Shown here in pieces: positions 27,141 to 37,177 of a stretch of DNA of 64,000 nt. Location: NCBI GenBank assembly GCA_963847705.1, contig CAWKBC010000027.1, positions 64,001-128,000 on the forward strand, in the 5' to 3' direction. Position numbers and translations under genes: made by a program. The notes beneath the pieces were generated by a model. It ran no database searches, had not been told where the DNA came from, and saw only the letters and a program-made list of their open reading frames with translations. Source of the stretch: an uncultured Pseudomonadota bacterium (lineage in GTDB: Bacteria; Myxococcota_A; Polyangia; Fen-1088). Position 1 is the first letter of the stretch. Every line of letters starts with the position of its first letter.

Positions 27141-29795
27141 ATGAGCAACGTTCTTCCGAAGCGTGTGCTCGCTGGTCACGAGAAGCACGCGATCCGGGTA
27201 TCGCCGCTGGTCATCGAGGCCGCCGCGCTGGACGCGGCGGGTGTCTATGCACGTCTGGTGACGCGTGCCGAGGGGCTGACCTCCGAACAGGCGGCCGTCC
27301 GGCTCGCCGAGCACGGCCCAAACAGCCTGGCGCGGGATCAACGTCCCGGCTTCGCGCTGATGTTGTGGCGTTCGATCCTCAATCCGCTGGTGGTCCTGCT
27401 GGCGGTGCTGGCGACCGTGTCCTTCTCGACCGGGGATCCGCGGGCAGGGACGGTGATGGTTCTCATGATCGTCCTCAGCGTTGGACTGAGGCTGTATCAG
27501 GAGGCGAAGGCCGACAGCGCAGCCGCCAAGCTCAAGGCAATGATCTCCGTTAGTGCGACGGCGCTGCGCGACGGCAGTCCCCAGGAGGTCCCACTGGCGC
27601 ACCTGGTTCCTGGCGACGTGGTCCAGTTGGCGGCGGGCGACATGATCCCGGGCGACGTGCGGCTCATCCAGGCCAAGGACCTGTTCGTGAGCCAAGGATC
27701 GCTGACGGGAGAGAGCTTCCCTATCGAGAAGCACACCGTGGAGACCGCAGGCGCGGCGGTGGCCCCTCTCGATTTGCCCACCATCGCCTTTCTCGGCACC
27801 AGCGTGGAGAGCGGAGCAGCCACCGCGGTCGTCGTGGCCACCGGCAAGGAGACCTACCTCGGTGGAATGGCCGAATCGCTCTCGGTCCAACCGCCCCAGA
27901 CCGCTTTCGATCGAGACATCTCCAGGTTCACCTGGCTGCTCTTGCGCTTCATGTTCGTGATGGTCCCGCTGGTGTTCGTCATCAACGGTCTGACCAAGGG
28001 CAGCTGGACCCAGGCGTTCTTCTTCGCCGTGGCCGTCGCGGTGGGCCTGACGCCCGAGATGCTCCCCATGATCGTGACGGTCTGCCTGTCGAAAGGCGCG
28101 GTCGCGATGGGCAAGAAGAAGGTCATCGTCAAACGCCTCAACGCCATTCAGAACCTCGGCGCGATGGATGTCCTGTGCACCGACAAGACCGGCACCTTGA
28201 CGATGGATAAAGTGAGTCTGGAACGCTACTGCGACGTCATGCTGCAAGAGAGCGACGAGGTGCTTGCCCTCGCCTACACCAACAGCAACTTCCAGACTGG
28301 CCTCAAGAACGTTCTCGATCGCGCCGTCTTGGCGCACGAAGAAACGCACGCGCGGGCGCGGATTCCGGAGGTCGTCAAGATCGACGAGATTCCGTTCGAC
28401 TTCGACCGGCGGATGATGTCGGTGGTGGTCCGAACACCCGAGGGGATGGACCTCATCATCTCCAAAGGCGCACCCGAGGCGATCTTCGCGCGGTGCGCGA
28501 GCTACCAGCTCGCCGGTAAGGTGCTGACGATGGACCACGGGCGTATCGCGGAGCTGAAGGCCGAGTACGAAAGGCTGAACGGCGACGGCTTTCGCGTGTT
28601 GGCGATCGCCACGAAACGGTCGCCGCCGAAAGGGGCGGGCCCCGACAACACGACTCCCTATGGCAAGGCCGACGAATCAGACTTGATCCTCCAGGGCTAC
28701 GTGGCGTTCCTCGATCCGCCCAAGGACACCTGCACGGTCGCGATCTCCGACCTGCAGCGGCACGGCGTCGTGGTCAAGGTGATCACGGGGGACAACGAGA
28801 TCGTCGCCCGGAAGATCTGTACGGAGGTGGGGCTGACGGTCGGCGTCGCGCTGATCGGCGCCGACGTCGAACGGATGACCGAGGCCGAGCTCGCCGACTC
28901 CGCCGAGGCGACCACGCTCTTTGCCCGGGTCTCGCCGGCGCACAAGCAGAGGATCGTCAAGGCCCTGCAATCACGCCAGCACATCGTGGGCTTCATGGGC
29001 GACGGCATCAACGATGCGCCGGCGCTCCACACGGCGGACGTGGGGATCAGCGTCGACACCGCGGTCGACGTCGCCAAGGAGTCCGCCGACATGATCCTGC
29101 TGGAGAAGTCGCTGCGTGTTCTCGACGAGGGCGTGCTCGAAGGCCGCAAGGTGTTCGCCAACATCAGCAAGTACGTCCGGATGGGCGCCTCGAGCAACTT
29201 CGGCAACATGTTCAGCGTGCTGGGGGCCAGCATCTTCGTCCCGTTCCTGCCGATGGTGCCGATCCAGATTCTGACCAACAACCTGCTCTATGACCTCAGC
29301 CAGACGACCATCCCCACCGACGCTGTCGACGCCGAGCAGATCGAGCGCCCCAAGCCATGGAACATCAAGGCTCTGACCCGGTTCATTCTCTTCATCGGTC
29401 CGTGCTCGTCGATCTTCGACTACACGACCTATCTGATGATGCTGTATCTGTTCGGGTGCTGGAACACCTCGACCCCTGCCCAGACCGCCCACAGCGCGAG
29501 CCTGTTCCAGACCGGGTGGTTCGTCGAGTCGCTGCTCACCCAGACACTCATCATCCACGTCATTCGCACCAACAAGATCCCATTCTTTCAGAGCCGCGCC
29601 TCGTGGCCGGTCTTTGGGATGGGTCTCCTCATCATTGCGCTCGGCGCGGGGCTGGTTCTGTCACGCGCCGGACGCTACCTGGGATTCACTGACCTCCCCG
29701 GGCTCTATTGGCCTCTGCTGGGGCTGACGCTCGTCTGCTACCTGGCGTTGACTCAGGGGGTGAAGGTCTGGCTGTTGCGGAGACGCTGGATCTGA
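27141..29795 (+). CDS. mgtA: Mg2+-translocating P-type ATPase
   Basis: LTGES, VGLTPEMLP, DKTGTLT, GDGINDAP, SSNFGNMFS, NLLYD, LFQTGWFVES. Confidence 0.95.
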   Translation: MSNVLPKRVLAGHEKHAIRVSPLVIEAAALDAAGVYARLVTRAEGLTSEQAAVRLAEHGPNSLARDQRPGFALMLWRSILNPLVVLLAVLATVSFSTGDPRAGTVMVLMIVLSVGLRLYQEAKADSAAAKLKAMISVSATALRDGSPQEVPLAHLVPGDVVQLAAGDMIPGDVRLIQAKDLFVSQGSLTGESFPIEKHTVETAGAAVAPLDLPTIAFLGTSVESGAATAVVVATGKETYLGGMAESLSVQPPQTAFDRDISRFTWLLLRFMFVMVPLVFVINGLTKGSWTQAFFFAVAVAVGLTPEMLPMIVTVCLSKGAVAMGKKKVIVKRLNAIQNLGAMDVLCTDKTGTLTMDKVSLERYCDVMLQESDEVLALAYTNSNFQTGLKNVLDRAVLAHEETHARARIPEVVKIDEIPFDFDRRMMSVVVRTPEGMDLIISKGAPEAIFARCASYQLAGKVLTMDHGRIAELKAEYERLNGDGFRVLAIATKRSPPKGAGPDNTTPYGKADESDLILQGYVAFLDPPKDTCTVAISDLQRHGVVVKVITGDNEIVARKICTEVGLTVGVALIGADVERMTEAELADSAEATTLFARVSPAHKQRIVKALQSRQHIVGFMGDGINDAPALHTADVGISVDTAVDVAKESADMILLEKSLRVLDEGVLEGRKVFANISKYVRMGASSNFGNMFSVLGASIFVPFLPMVPIQILTNNLLYDLSQTTIPTDAVDAEQIERPKPWNIKALTRFILFIGPCSSIFDYTTYLMMLYLFGCWNTSTPAQTAHSASLFQTGWFVESLLTQTLIIHVIRTNKIPFFQSRASWPVFGMGLLIIALGAGLVLSRAGRYLGFTDLPGLYWPLLGLTLVCYLALTQGVKVWLLRRRWI

Positions 29796-29959
29796 CGCAT
29801 CCGCGATAGGCCGCCAGGATGGCGGCCGTCAGTGCGCGGCAACGTGCGGTATGCAGGATTGTTCGAACCTACGGGCGAGTGCCGCCGCCTCTTGGTCGAC
29901 CTTCTCGACGAAAGAGGCGTATCGCTCGTAGAGGCCAGCAGCGTCGTCGCACGGGCGGT

Positions 29960-30785
29960 GTGCAGGTGGTCGTCGGCGTGACCGACGCCCTCTCGATGCC
30001 GTCGTTCCAATCGATCGTCCCTTCGATTGTCAGTCACGAGCAGATCAGCGCCGGCCTGGCGCTGAACTCCACGCAGTTCAACCTCTCGCGGGTGCTCGGA
30101 CCAGCGCTCGCGGGCGTGCTGATGGTCAGCTTCGGTGCGATGGGCTGCTTCGTGGTCAGTACCGCGTCCTACATACCTTTCATCGCAGTCGCGCTCTGGA
30201 TCCTGCCGCGCTGGAGCTCCGCGCCTGCCCATGTCGCTTCGGTCGGCGGGCGGCGTCTCTTCGCAGGGATAGGGCATGTGCTGCGCGAGCGATACCTGCT
30301 TGGAGCCCTCCTGACCGTCCTCGTCACCAGTGTGCTCTGTGCACCGCTCATTACTTTTAGCCCGGTGCTGGTCAAGGACGTCTTTCACGCCGATGCCGGC
30401 CACTTTTCGACAGCAGTCGCGTCGTTCGGGGTGGGAGGGCTGCTGGGAGCATTCGGGCTCCTCGCGGGCGCGCCCCAAAAGAGCACACGCTGGCTGAGCT
30501 CCATGTGCGCGGTGAGTTACGGCGTGGTTCTGGTGCTCGCCGGCCTGAACAGGTGGTTCGTGATGTTGCCTCCTCTGCTCGTTCTCGCGGGCGCTTCGAT
30601 GACGGCCAGCAACACGGCCGCCAACTCGCTCCTCCAGGCGGCTGCCAGCCGCGACTGCTCGGACAGACGGTCAGCCTTTACATGTTGGCGATGCGAGGCG
30701 GCCTCTCCCTCGGTGCCTTGCTGATGGGCTGGCTATCCAACGTCTTCGAGATAAGACGCGCTCTGGTTCTGAATGGGATCGTTGC
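29960..30785 (+). pseudogene. MFS transporter remnant (5'- and 3'-truncated, frameshift ~30650)
   Basis: ALSMPSFQSIVP..ALNSTQFNLSRVLGPALAG..GQTVSLYMLAMRGGLSLG; no N-terminal helices. Confidence 0.75.
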
Positions 30786-31365
30786 CCGCCAGGAACCCTT
30801 CCCAAGTCTTGCCTGGACTGACGGAGGGGCAGAGGGGATGTCTGCCAAAAGCGCGGCCCACCAAGTACGCGGCGGTATCGTTGGCCCAGCTTGCGCCCAG
30901 TGCGACCGCGGTCCAGGCGATTCCGTCCGGTCCGGCGCGCAGGCAGGACAAAGCCGCGAGACCAACAGAGCAGAAGAGCAGCCCGGCCATGAGGTGTCCT
31001 TCTCGAGCAGGCGCGCTGGGGCGCGGTCCAGAGAAGAGATGAACGCCCCACGTCAGCATGGACGCCAACGCCACGGCGACGAATAGCAGACCGCCGACTT
31101 GCCCTGGCCCAGCAAAGACTGGAATCAACGGAATCGTCGCGGTGCAGGCGAGCCCGAGCCAGGCGACGAATGGAATCGTACCGAAGACCAGTCGGTAGTA
31201 TTCCCAGCAGCCGATCCCGGCCGCGGCCGAAAAGAGGAGGGCGCTTGCCCGCGCATCCGCCGCGACGATCAAGGCGACGAGAGGAAGCATGACGACGCCC
31301 ACGAAGAGTCGCGGGCGGAGGTCGCGAAACCGAGCCACGCTGGGTGAAGGATCCCCGGGAATCAC
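30733..31365 (-). pseudogene. Phosphatidate cytidylyltransferase (CdsA family), 3'-truncated
   Basis: WANDTAAYLVGRAFGRHPLCPSVSPGKTWEG, then homology stops; the C-terminal GD..ES..KR/GHGG..DR signature is absent. Confidence 0.75.
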
Positions 31366-31379
31366 TGGACGTCACCGAC

Positions 31380-31395
31380 TGCAAGCGCGCTGCCA
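31380..31395 (-). promoter_or_regulatory. Sigma-54 promoter
   Basis: TGGCAGCGCGCTTGCA. Confidence 0.6.
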
Positions 31396-31533
31396 GTCTT
31401 GACACAAACCCATTGGGTTCGACCGTCGGTTCGGACAGTGTGCGGGCGGGACGCCTCAGGCTTTCCTTGAGTCCAGTGTCGTCAGGAAATTCGAGCGCGC
31501 GGAAGCGTTCGACTGGGACTATTGTCTCGTTCC

Positions 31534-33561
31534 ATGCCCAACGACGAGCTCGAGGCGCTTCGCGCTGAGCTGGCGTTGTTGCGGTCTGTCGTCGACAGCG
31601 TCTCGGCGATGCTCGCCTACTGGGATGCGAACCTTCGCTGCCGCTTCGCCAATCGCGCCTATGAGCGATGGTTTGGCGTTCTGCCAGAGGTGCTGATCGG
31701 GAGGCATATCAGCGAGCTCTTGGGGCCCCTCTACCAGCTCAATCTGCCCTACATCGAAGCGGCCCTGCGTGGCCAGTCCCAGGCCTTCGAGCGCGAGATC
31801 CCGGATCCGGCGGGTGGACCTTCCCGGCACAGCCTGGCCAACTACATCCCCAACGTCGTCGACGGGGTCGTGTGTGGCTTCTTCGTCCTGGTCACCGACA
31901 TCACGGAGCGCAAGCGCTTCGAGATGGCCCTCCGGGAGTCGGAGGCGAAATTTGCCGGGATCGTGTCGATCTCGCCCGACGCCATCATCAGTATCGATGA
32001 GAACCAGCGCATCACGATCTTCAACCATGGTGCGGAGCGAATCTTTGGCTACTCGAGGAGCGAAGCGCTGGGACTCCCCCTCGACCTGCTCTTACCGATC
32101 CGGCTGCGCGCCGGGCATCGACGAGATGTCGAAGGGTTTTCGGTGGGAAGCACGACGGCGCGTCAGATGGGTGAACGCAAGGCCACCATCGTCGGCTTAC
32201 GGAAGAACGGGGAGGAGTTCCCCGCAGAGGCGGCGATCTCGAAGCTCGAGGTCGAGGGGAAAAAGGTGCTCACGGTCGCTCTCCGGGACATCACCGAGCG
32301 AAGGCGCAGCGATCTGGAGCAGGCGGTTCTGGCCGAAGCCGGCGCGGTGCTTGCCTCCTCGCTGAACTACAAGCAGACGATCACGACGATCGCTCGGCTC
32401 ATCGTGCCCCGCGTCACTGACCTGTGCGCCGTCGACATCATGGAGGGATCCGAACCGGTGCGTCTGACGTTGACGCCCGCGGATCCCGCCAAGGTCCCAC
32501 TCTGCGAGCGGCTCGCGGCGCTCCCTCTCAGTCGGCGCCACATGCTCAGCTGGTCGGCATACGAGACGAAGCAAACCGTCTTGCTCTCCGAGCTCGGCCC
32601 GGAACAGTGGGAGGCGACGGCCCAGAATCTGGAACATCTGCAGCTGCTTCGCGAGATCGCCCCGAGATCGGCTGTCGTGGCTCCGATGTTCTCGCCCCGC
32701 GGAGTGTTCGGAGCTCTCGTTCTTGCATCTTCGCGGCCGGGCCGGTTCCAGTCGCGCGACGTGGGATTTGCGAATGAGCTCGCGCGCCGCGCGGGCTTGG
32801 CGATCGAGAACGCAAGGCTCTACGAAGCCGCCCAGCACGCGACGCGGGCGCGCGACGAGGTCCTCGGTATCGTTGCACATGATGTCCGGAACCCGCTCTC
32901 GACCATCCGTCTGGCGACCGACGTCCTCGAGCATCAGCTCCGGGTGGCCGGATCGGGCAAAGGCGCGACCAAGAGCGTCGAGGCCATCAGGCGCGCGGTC
33001 GAGCGCGCCGATCGTCTCATTGAGGATCTGTTGGACACGACCCGCATCGAGGCGGGGGCCTTGTCGATCGCCGCCGAGGCCCTCAGCCCCCGTGAGGTAC
33101 TGGAGGATGCGCTGGAGGCTCAGCGTCCCCTGGCATCGTCGGCGTCTCTGGAACTGCGGCTCGAGGTAGGTCGGGACCTGTCGCCGATTTGGGCCGACCG
33201 AGGCCGAATTCTCCAGGTGTTGGCGAATCTCGTGGGGAACGCGATCAAATTCACGCCGGCAGGCGGGCATATCACTTTAGCGGCGGAGCCGAGGCCGGGA
33301 GAGTGGCTGTTCTCGGTCGCCGATACTGGCCCGGGAATTTCGGCAGAGAATCTTCGGCACCTGTTCGACCGGTTCTGGCAAGCAAAGAGAGCCGATCGGC
33401 AGGGCGCGGGGCTTGGGCTCCCGATCTGCAAAGGCATCGTCGAGGCCCACGGAGGGCGTATCTGGGCAGAGAGCGTCGAGAACCGCGGGACGACCTGCTA
33501 TTTCACCGTTCCCGCTGCGCCAGCCGCCTCCGACGAGCGCTCCCGTCGGCCCCCCAGCTGA
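31534..33561 (+). CDS. PAS-PAS-GAF sensor histidine kinase
   Basis: Two PAS domains (the second FixL-like: FNHGAERIFGYS..RAGH..GLRKNGEEFP), GAF, AHDVRNPL, NLVGNAIKFT, DTGPGI, GAGLGL. Confidence 0.92.
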   Translation: MPNDELEALRAELALLRSVVDSVSAMLAYWDANLRCRFANRAYERWFGVLPEVLIGRHISELLGPLYQLNLPYIEAALRGQSQAFEREIPDPAGGPSRHSLANYIPNVVDGVVCGFFVLVTDITERKRFEMALRESEAKFAGIVSISPDAIISIDENQRITIFNHGAERIFGYSRSEALGLPLDLLLPIRLRAGHRRDVEGFSVGSTTARQMGERKATIVGLRKNGEEFPAEAAISKLEVEGKKVLTVALRDITERRRSDLEQAVLAEAGAVLASSLNYKQTITTIARLIVPRVTDLCAVDIMEGSEPVRLTLTPADPAKVPLCERLAALPLSRRHMLSWSAYETKQTVLLSELGPEQWEATAQNLEHLQLLREIAPRSAVVAPMFSPRGVFGALVLASSRPGRFQSRDVGFANELARRAGLAIENARLYEAAQHATRARDEVLGIVAHDVRNPLSTIRLATDVLEHQLRVAGSGKGATKSVEAIRRAVERADRLIEDLLDTTRIEAGALSIAAEALSPREVLEDALEAQRPLASSASLELRLEVGRDLSPIWADRGRILQVLANLVGNAIKFTPAGGHITLAAEPRPGEWLFSVADTGPGISAENLRHLFDRFWQAKRADRQGAGLGLPICKGIVEAHGGRIWAESVENRGTTCYFTVPAAPAASDERSRRPPS

Positions 33562-33588
33562 ATTCTGGGGAGCCCTGCGCGTCGGGGC

Positions 33589-33645
33589 TCAGAGGCTGAA
33601 GATCCGGGCCTCTTTCTGATCGATCCAGATGACTGCGTGCTTCAC
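33589..33645 (-). pseudogene. N-terminal remnant of an eRF1-like / host-attachment-type protein
   Basis: AAGGAG RBS plus VKHAVIWIDQKEARIF, then stop; has its own sigma-54 promoter at 33715-33730. Confidence 0.5.
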
Positions 33646-33714
33646 GACGAGCTCTCCTTGAACGAGGTCTGGGTGTCCGGGACGCTTCTTGTGGGGCGTG
33701 CTGTCTCCAGTTTC

Positions 33715-33887
33715 AGCAATAAGGAGGCCGCGGCCACGCGCCCAGGCTGTCGAAGAAGCCCGCGAATATTTTGCGCGCGGCCAGTCTGTTCGCGCACGAC
33801 TTGCCGGCCGCCCGGGGCGGTCATGACCGGCGCGCCCGCTGGGCCTCGATGATCGCGGAAGTGATCCTTTGAGGCACGAGGGCTGCA
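33715..33887. promoter_or_regulatory. Divergent sigma-54 promoters with central paired palindromes
   Basis: Minus 33715-33730 CGGCCTCCTTATTGCT; sites GCGAA-tattt-TGCGC (33762) and GCGCA-cgact-TGCCG (33792); plus 33872-33887 AGGCACGAGGGCTGCA. Confidence 0.65.
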
Positions 33888-33902
33888 TAGGGCCTGGGCA
33901 CG

Positions 33903-35132
33903 ATGACGACCGCCACCGCTACTGTCAGCCCGATTCGAAACGGCTCGCACCCCGCGCTCAAGAGGCCCTGGAAGATCGCCGCCGTCATCGTCGTCGTGGC
34001 CGCAATGGCTGGAATCGCCCTTCGGGCACGGAGCCGCGCAGCGGCCAAGAACGCTCCGGCTTTTCGATTCGAGACGACGACGGCCGATCGGGGACCAATC
34101 CGGGCGAAGGTCACGGCGACGGGAACGGTCAATCCAATCGTCACCGTCCAGGTCGGCGCGCAGGTGTCAGGGACGATTCTGGCGCTGGGCGCGGACTTCA
34201 ACTCGGTGGTCAAGCCCGGCCAGATGATGGCCCAGATCGATCCCCGCCTGTTCAAGGCCGCCGTTCAGCAGGCCGAGGCGAACTTCCTCTCGGCAAAGGC
34301 CAACGTCCTTCAGGTTCGCACCCAGCTCGCCAACGCCCGCAAGCAGGCGAAGCGAAATCAGAACTTGCTCGCGGAGAAATTCGTGGCTCAACAGGACGTC
34401 GACACGACCGACACCGCTGCCGCGGCTCTGGCCGCCCAGCTCAAGGCGGCTGAGGCGGTAGCCGCCCAAACGGAAGCTGCGCTGGCGACGACGAAGACCA
34501 ACCTGGCCTACACGACGATTCGCTCGCCCGTCAGCGGCACCGTCATCACACGCAACATCGACGTGGGGCAGACCGTGGCCGCAGCGTTCGCGGCGCCGAC
34601 GCTGTTCCTGGTCGGCGAGGACCTGACGAAGATGCAGGTCGACACGAACATCGCTGAGGCCGACGTCGGCCGGCTTGCGCCCGGCATGACCGCCACCTTC
34701 ACCGTCGATGCCTACCCGGCCGAGATCTTCACGGGAAAGATCCGAGAGGTTCGCAACTCGCCCCAGGTGATCCAGAACGTCGTGACCTATGACGCGGTCG
34801 TCGACGTGGACAACACGGACCGCAAGCTCAAGCCGGGGATGACCGCCAACATCGAGGTGGTCTACGCCGAACGAGCCACGGCGCTGCGCGTCGCGAACGG
34901 CGCCATCCGCTTTCGCCCGCCCGAGAGTCTCTTGGGCAAGAAGCCTCCCGCGGTTCCCCTCGATCGCAAGGTGGTCTGGGTCCAGCGGGCCGGCCTGCCG
35001 ACGCCGGTGTTCTTCAAGCCAGGGGTGAGCGATGGCGTGATGACGGAGGTCGTCGAAGGCGATTTGCAGGCCGGCGACCAGGTGATTACCGAGGTCATCT
35101 CGGCCCAATCGGCCGGCGGGCGGATCCTGTGA
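33903..35132 (+). CDS. MacA-like periplasmic adaptor (membrane fusion protein)
   Basis: VTATGTVNP..VGAQVSG, IRSPVSGTVI, GQTVAA, LKPGMTA. Confidence 0.92.
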   Translation: MTTATATVSPIRNGSHPALKRPWKIAAVIVVVAAMAGIALRARSRAAAKNAPAFRFETTTADRGPIRAKVTATGTVNPIVTVQVGAQVSGTILALGADFNSVVKPGQMMAQIDPRLFKAAVQQAEANFLSAKANVLQVRTQLANARKQAKRNQNLLAEKFVAQQDVDTTDTAAAALAAQLKAAEAVAAQTEAALATTKTNLAYTTIRSPVSGTVITRNIDVGQTVAAAFAAPTLFLVGEDLTKMQVDTNIAEADVGRLAPGMTATFTVDAYPAEIFTGKIREVRNSPQVIQNVVTYDAVVDVDNTDRKLKPGMTANIEVVYAERATALRVANGAIRFRPPESLLGKKPPAVPLDRKVVWVQRAGLPTPVFFKPGVSDGVMTEVVEGDLQAGDQVITEVISAQSAGGRIL

Positions 35133-35950
35133 GCGGCGCCGTGGAACAGCCACTCATCGACCTCGGCCACGTCAGCAAGGTCTACACCCTGGGTGAGGTG
35201 GAGGTGCGGGCGCTCAACGACGTCACGTTCCAGGTGCCGCGCGGCGAGTTCGTCGCCATCATGGGCGCCTCGGGCTCGGGGAAGTCGACCCTCATGAACG
35301 TCCTCGGTTGTCTCGACCGCCCGACGTCCGGAACCTATCTCCTCGAAGGAAGAGAAATCGGCGGTCTGTCGCGGAACGAGTTGGCGCTCATCCGCAATGA
35401 GATGGTCGGCTTCGTCTTCCAGCACTTCAACCTGCTGTCCCGGACCAGCGCTCGAGAGAACGTCGAGCTTCCTCTCCTCTATTCGGGTGTCGTCTCCGCC
35501 CGGGAGCGGGCCGACCGGGCCCTGGCGAGCCTGGCGCGCGTCGGTCTGGCCGACCGGGCCGATCACCAGCCGAACCAGCTCTCCGGCGGCCAGCAACAGC
35601 GGGTGGCCATCGCTCGGGCGCTGGTCAACGACCCGAAGGTGATCTTCGCCGACGAGCCGACCGGTGCGCTCGACTCGCGGACGAGCATGGAGGTGATGCA
35701 GCTCTTTCAGGAGCTCGGGAGCTCCGGCATCACCATCATCCTCGTGACCCACGAGCCCGACATCGGCCGGTGCGCCGAGCGCGTGATCACCATGCGCGAC
35801 GGGCAGATCGTCTCCGACGATCGCCAGCAACCGCTCGTGGCCCGCCCGGGCCCGGCGGTCACCAGCTTGGCCGCGGAGGCGGCTTCGGTGCCGGTGGCGG
35901 CGGCGGCTCCGGCCCTGGCGGTGGCGGTATCCGTGGGAGGGCGGCCATGA
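35129..35950 (+). CDS. MacB/LolD-type ABC ATP-binding subunit
   Basis: [43 protein letters not shown]. Confidence 0.94.
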   Translation: MSGAVEQPLIDLGHVSKVYTLGEVEVRALNDVTFQVPRGEFVAIMGASGSGKSTLMNVLGCLDRPTSGTYLLEGREIGGLSRNELALIRNEMVGFVFQHFNLLSRTSARENVELPLLYSGVVSARERADRALASLARVGLADRADHQPNQLSGGQQQRVAIARALVNDPKVIFADEPTGALDSRTSMEVMQLFQELGSSGITIILVTHEPDIGRCAERVITMRDGQIVSDDRQQPLVARPGPAVTSLAAEAASVPVAAAAPALAVAVSVGGRP

Positions 35951-37173
35951 ACGCCCTGGCCATCAGCCGCGTGGCCGGCCGCGCGCTGCTGCGGAACAAG
36001 ATGCGTTCGTTCCTGACAGCGCTGGGCGTCGTCATCGGCGTGGGCGCCGTCATCGCGATGGTGGCCATCGGCGAGGGAGCCAAGCGAAGGGTGGAGCAAA
36101 CCTTCGAGGCGATGGGGACGAACCTGCTCATCGTATTGCCGGGCTCGTCTTCGTCGATGGGGATGCGCGGGGGCTCGGGGAGTCAGGCGACGCTGACCTG
36201 GGCCGATTTGAAGGCCATTCGCACCGAGTGCAAGGCCGTCGCGGCCGCCTCTCCGGTGCTCAATTCCCACCTGGTGGTCCAGGCGGAGGATCAGAACTGG
36301 ACCACCATGGTCATCGGCGCCAACACGGATTACATGTCCATTCGCAACTGGCAGATGGCCCGGGGCCGCTTCTTCGACCAGGGCGATCTCGACGCGTCGG
36401 CCAAGGTGGTGGTCCTCGGCGAGACGGTGGTGAACAACCTCTGGAGCCCCGGGTACGACCCCGTCAACCAGTCGGTGCGGATCCAAGCGGTCCCTTTCCG
36501 GGTGATCGGGGTCCTGGCGAAGAAGGGTCAGTCTCCGATGGGGCAGGACTACGACGACACCGTCCTGCTCCCTCACACGACCTACCTCACGAAGATCTCG
36601 GCGGGCCTTGGCGGCTTCATCAACGGGATCGTGATGGTGAGCGCCACCAGCTCCGGCGAGACCACCCGCGCGCAGAACGAAATCACCTCGCTGCTCCGCG
36701 ACCGGCACCACGTCCTCGGCACCGACGACGACTTCTCCGTGCGCAACCTATCCGAGATGGCCCAGGCGCAACAGCAGGGGACGGCAATTCTCACCACGCT
36801 GTTGGCAGCGATCGCCGCCGTCTCCCTCTTGGTGGGCGGGATCGGGATCATGAACATCATGCTCGTCAGCGTCACCGAGCGAACGCGAGAGATCGGCGTG
36901 CGCATGGCGGTGGGGGCACGTTCCTGGGACATCCTGGCGCAGTTCCTCAGCGAGGCCTTGGCCATCTCGCTCGCGGGCGGGCTGCTCGGAATCGCGTTCG
37001 GCCTCCTGGCCGCTCATCAGCTGGCGGCCCACTTCGGGTGGCCATTCTTCGTCCACCTCGACGTCATCTTCATTTCGGTCGGTTTCAGCGCGCTGGTGGG
37101 TGTCGTGTTCGGCCTCTACCCCGCCCGCAAGGCATCTCGACTGGACCCGATCGAAGCCCTCCGATTCGAGTGA
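35947..37173 (+). CDS. MacB-type ABC permease
   Basis: RSFLTALGVVIGV, GGIGIMNIMLVSVTERTREIG, PARKASRLDPIEALRFE. Confidence 0.94.
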   Translation: MNALAISRVAGRALLRNKMRSFLTALGVVIGVGAVIAMVAIGEGAKRRVEQTFEAMGTNLLIVLPGSSSSMGMRGGSGSQATLTWADLKAIRTECKAVAAASPVLNSHLVVQAEDQNWTTMVIGANTDYMSIRNWQMARGRFFDQGDLDASAKVVVLGETVVNNLWSPGYDPVNQSVRIQAVPFRVIGVLAKKGQSPMGQDYDDTVLLPHTTYLTKISAGLGGFINGIVMVSATSSGETTRAQNEITSLLRDRHHVLGTDDDFSVRNLSEMAQAQQQGTAILTTLLAAIAAVSLLVGGIGIMNIMLVSVTERTREIGVRMAVGARSWDILAQFLSEALAISLAGGLLGIAFGLLAAHQLAAHFGWPFFVHLDVIFISVGFSALVGVVFGLYPARKASRLDPIEALRFE

Positions 37174-37177
37174 ATCC

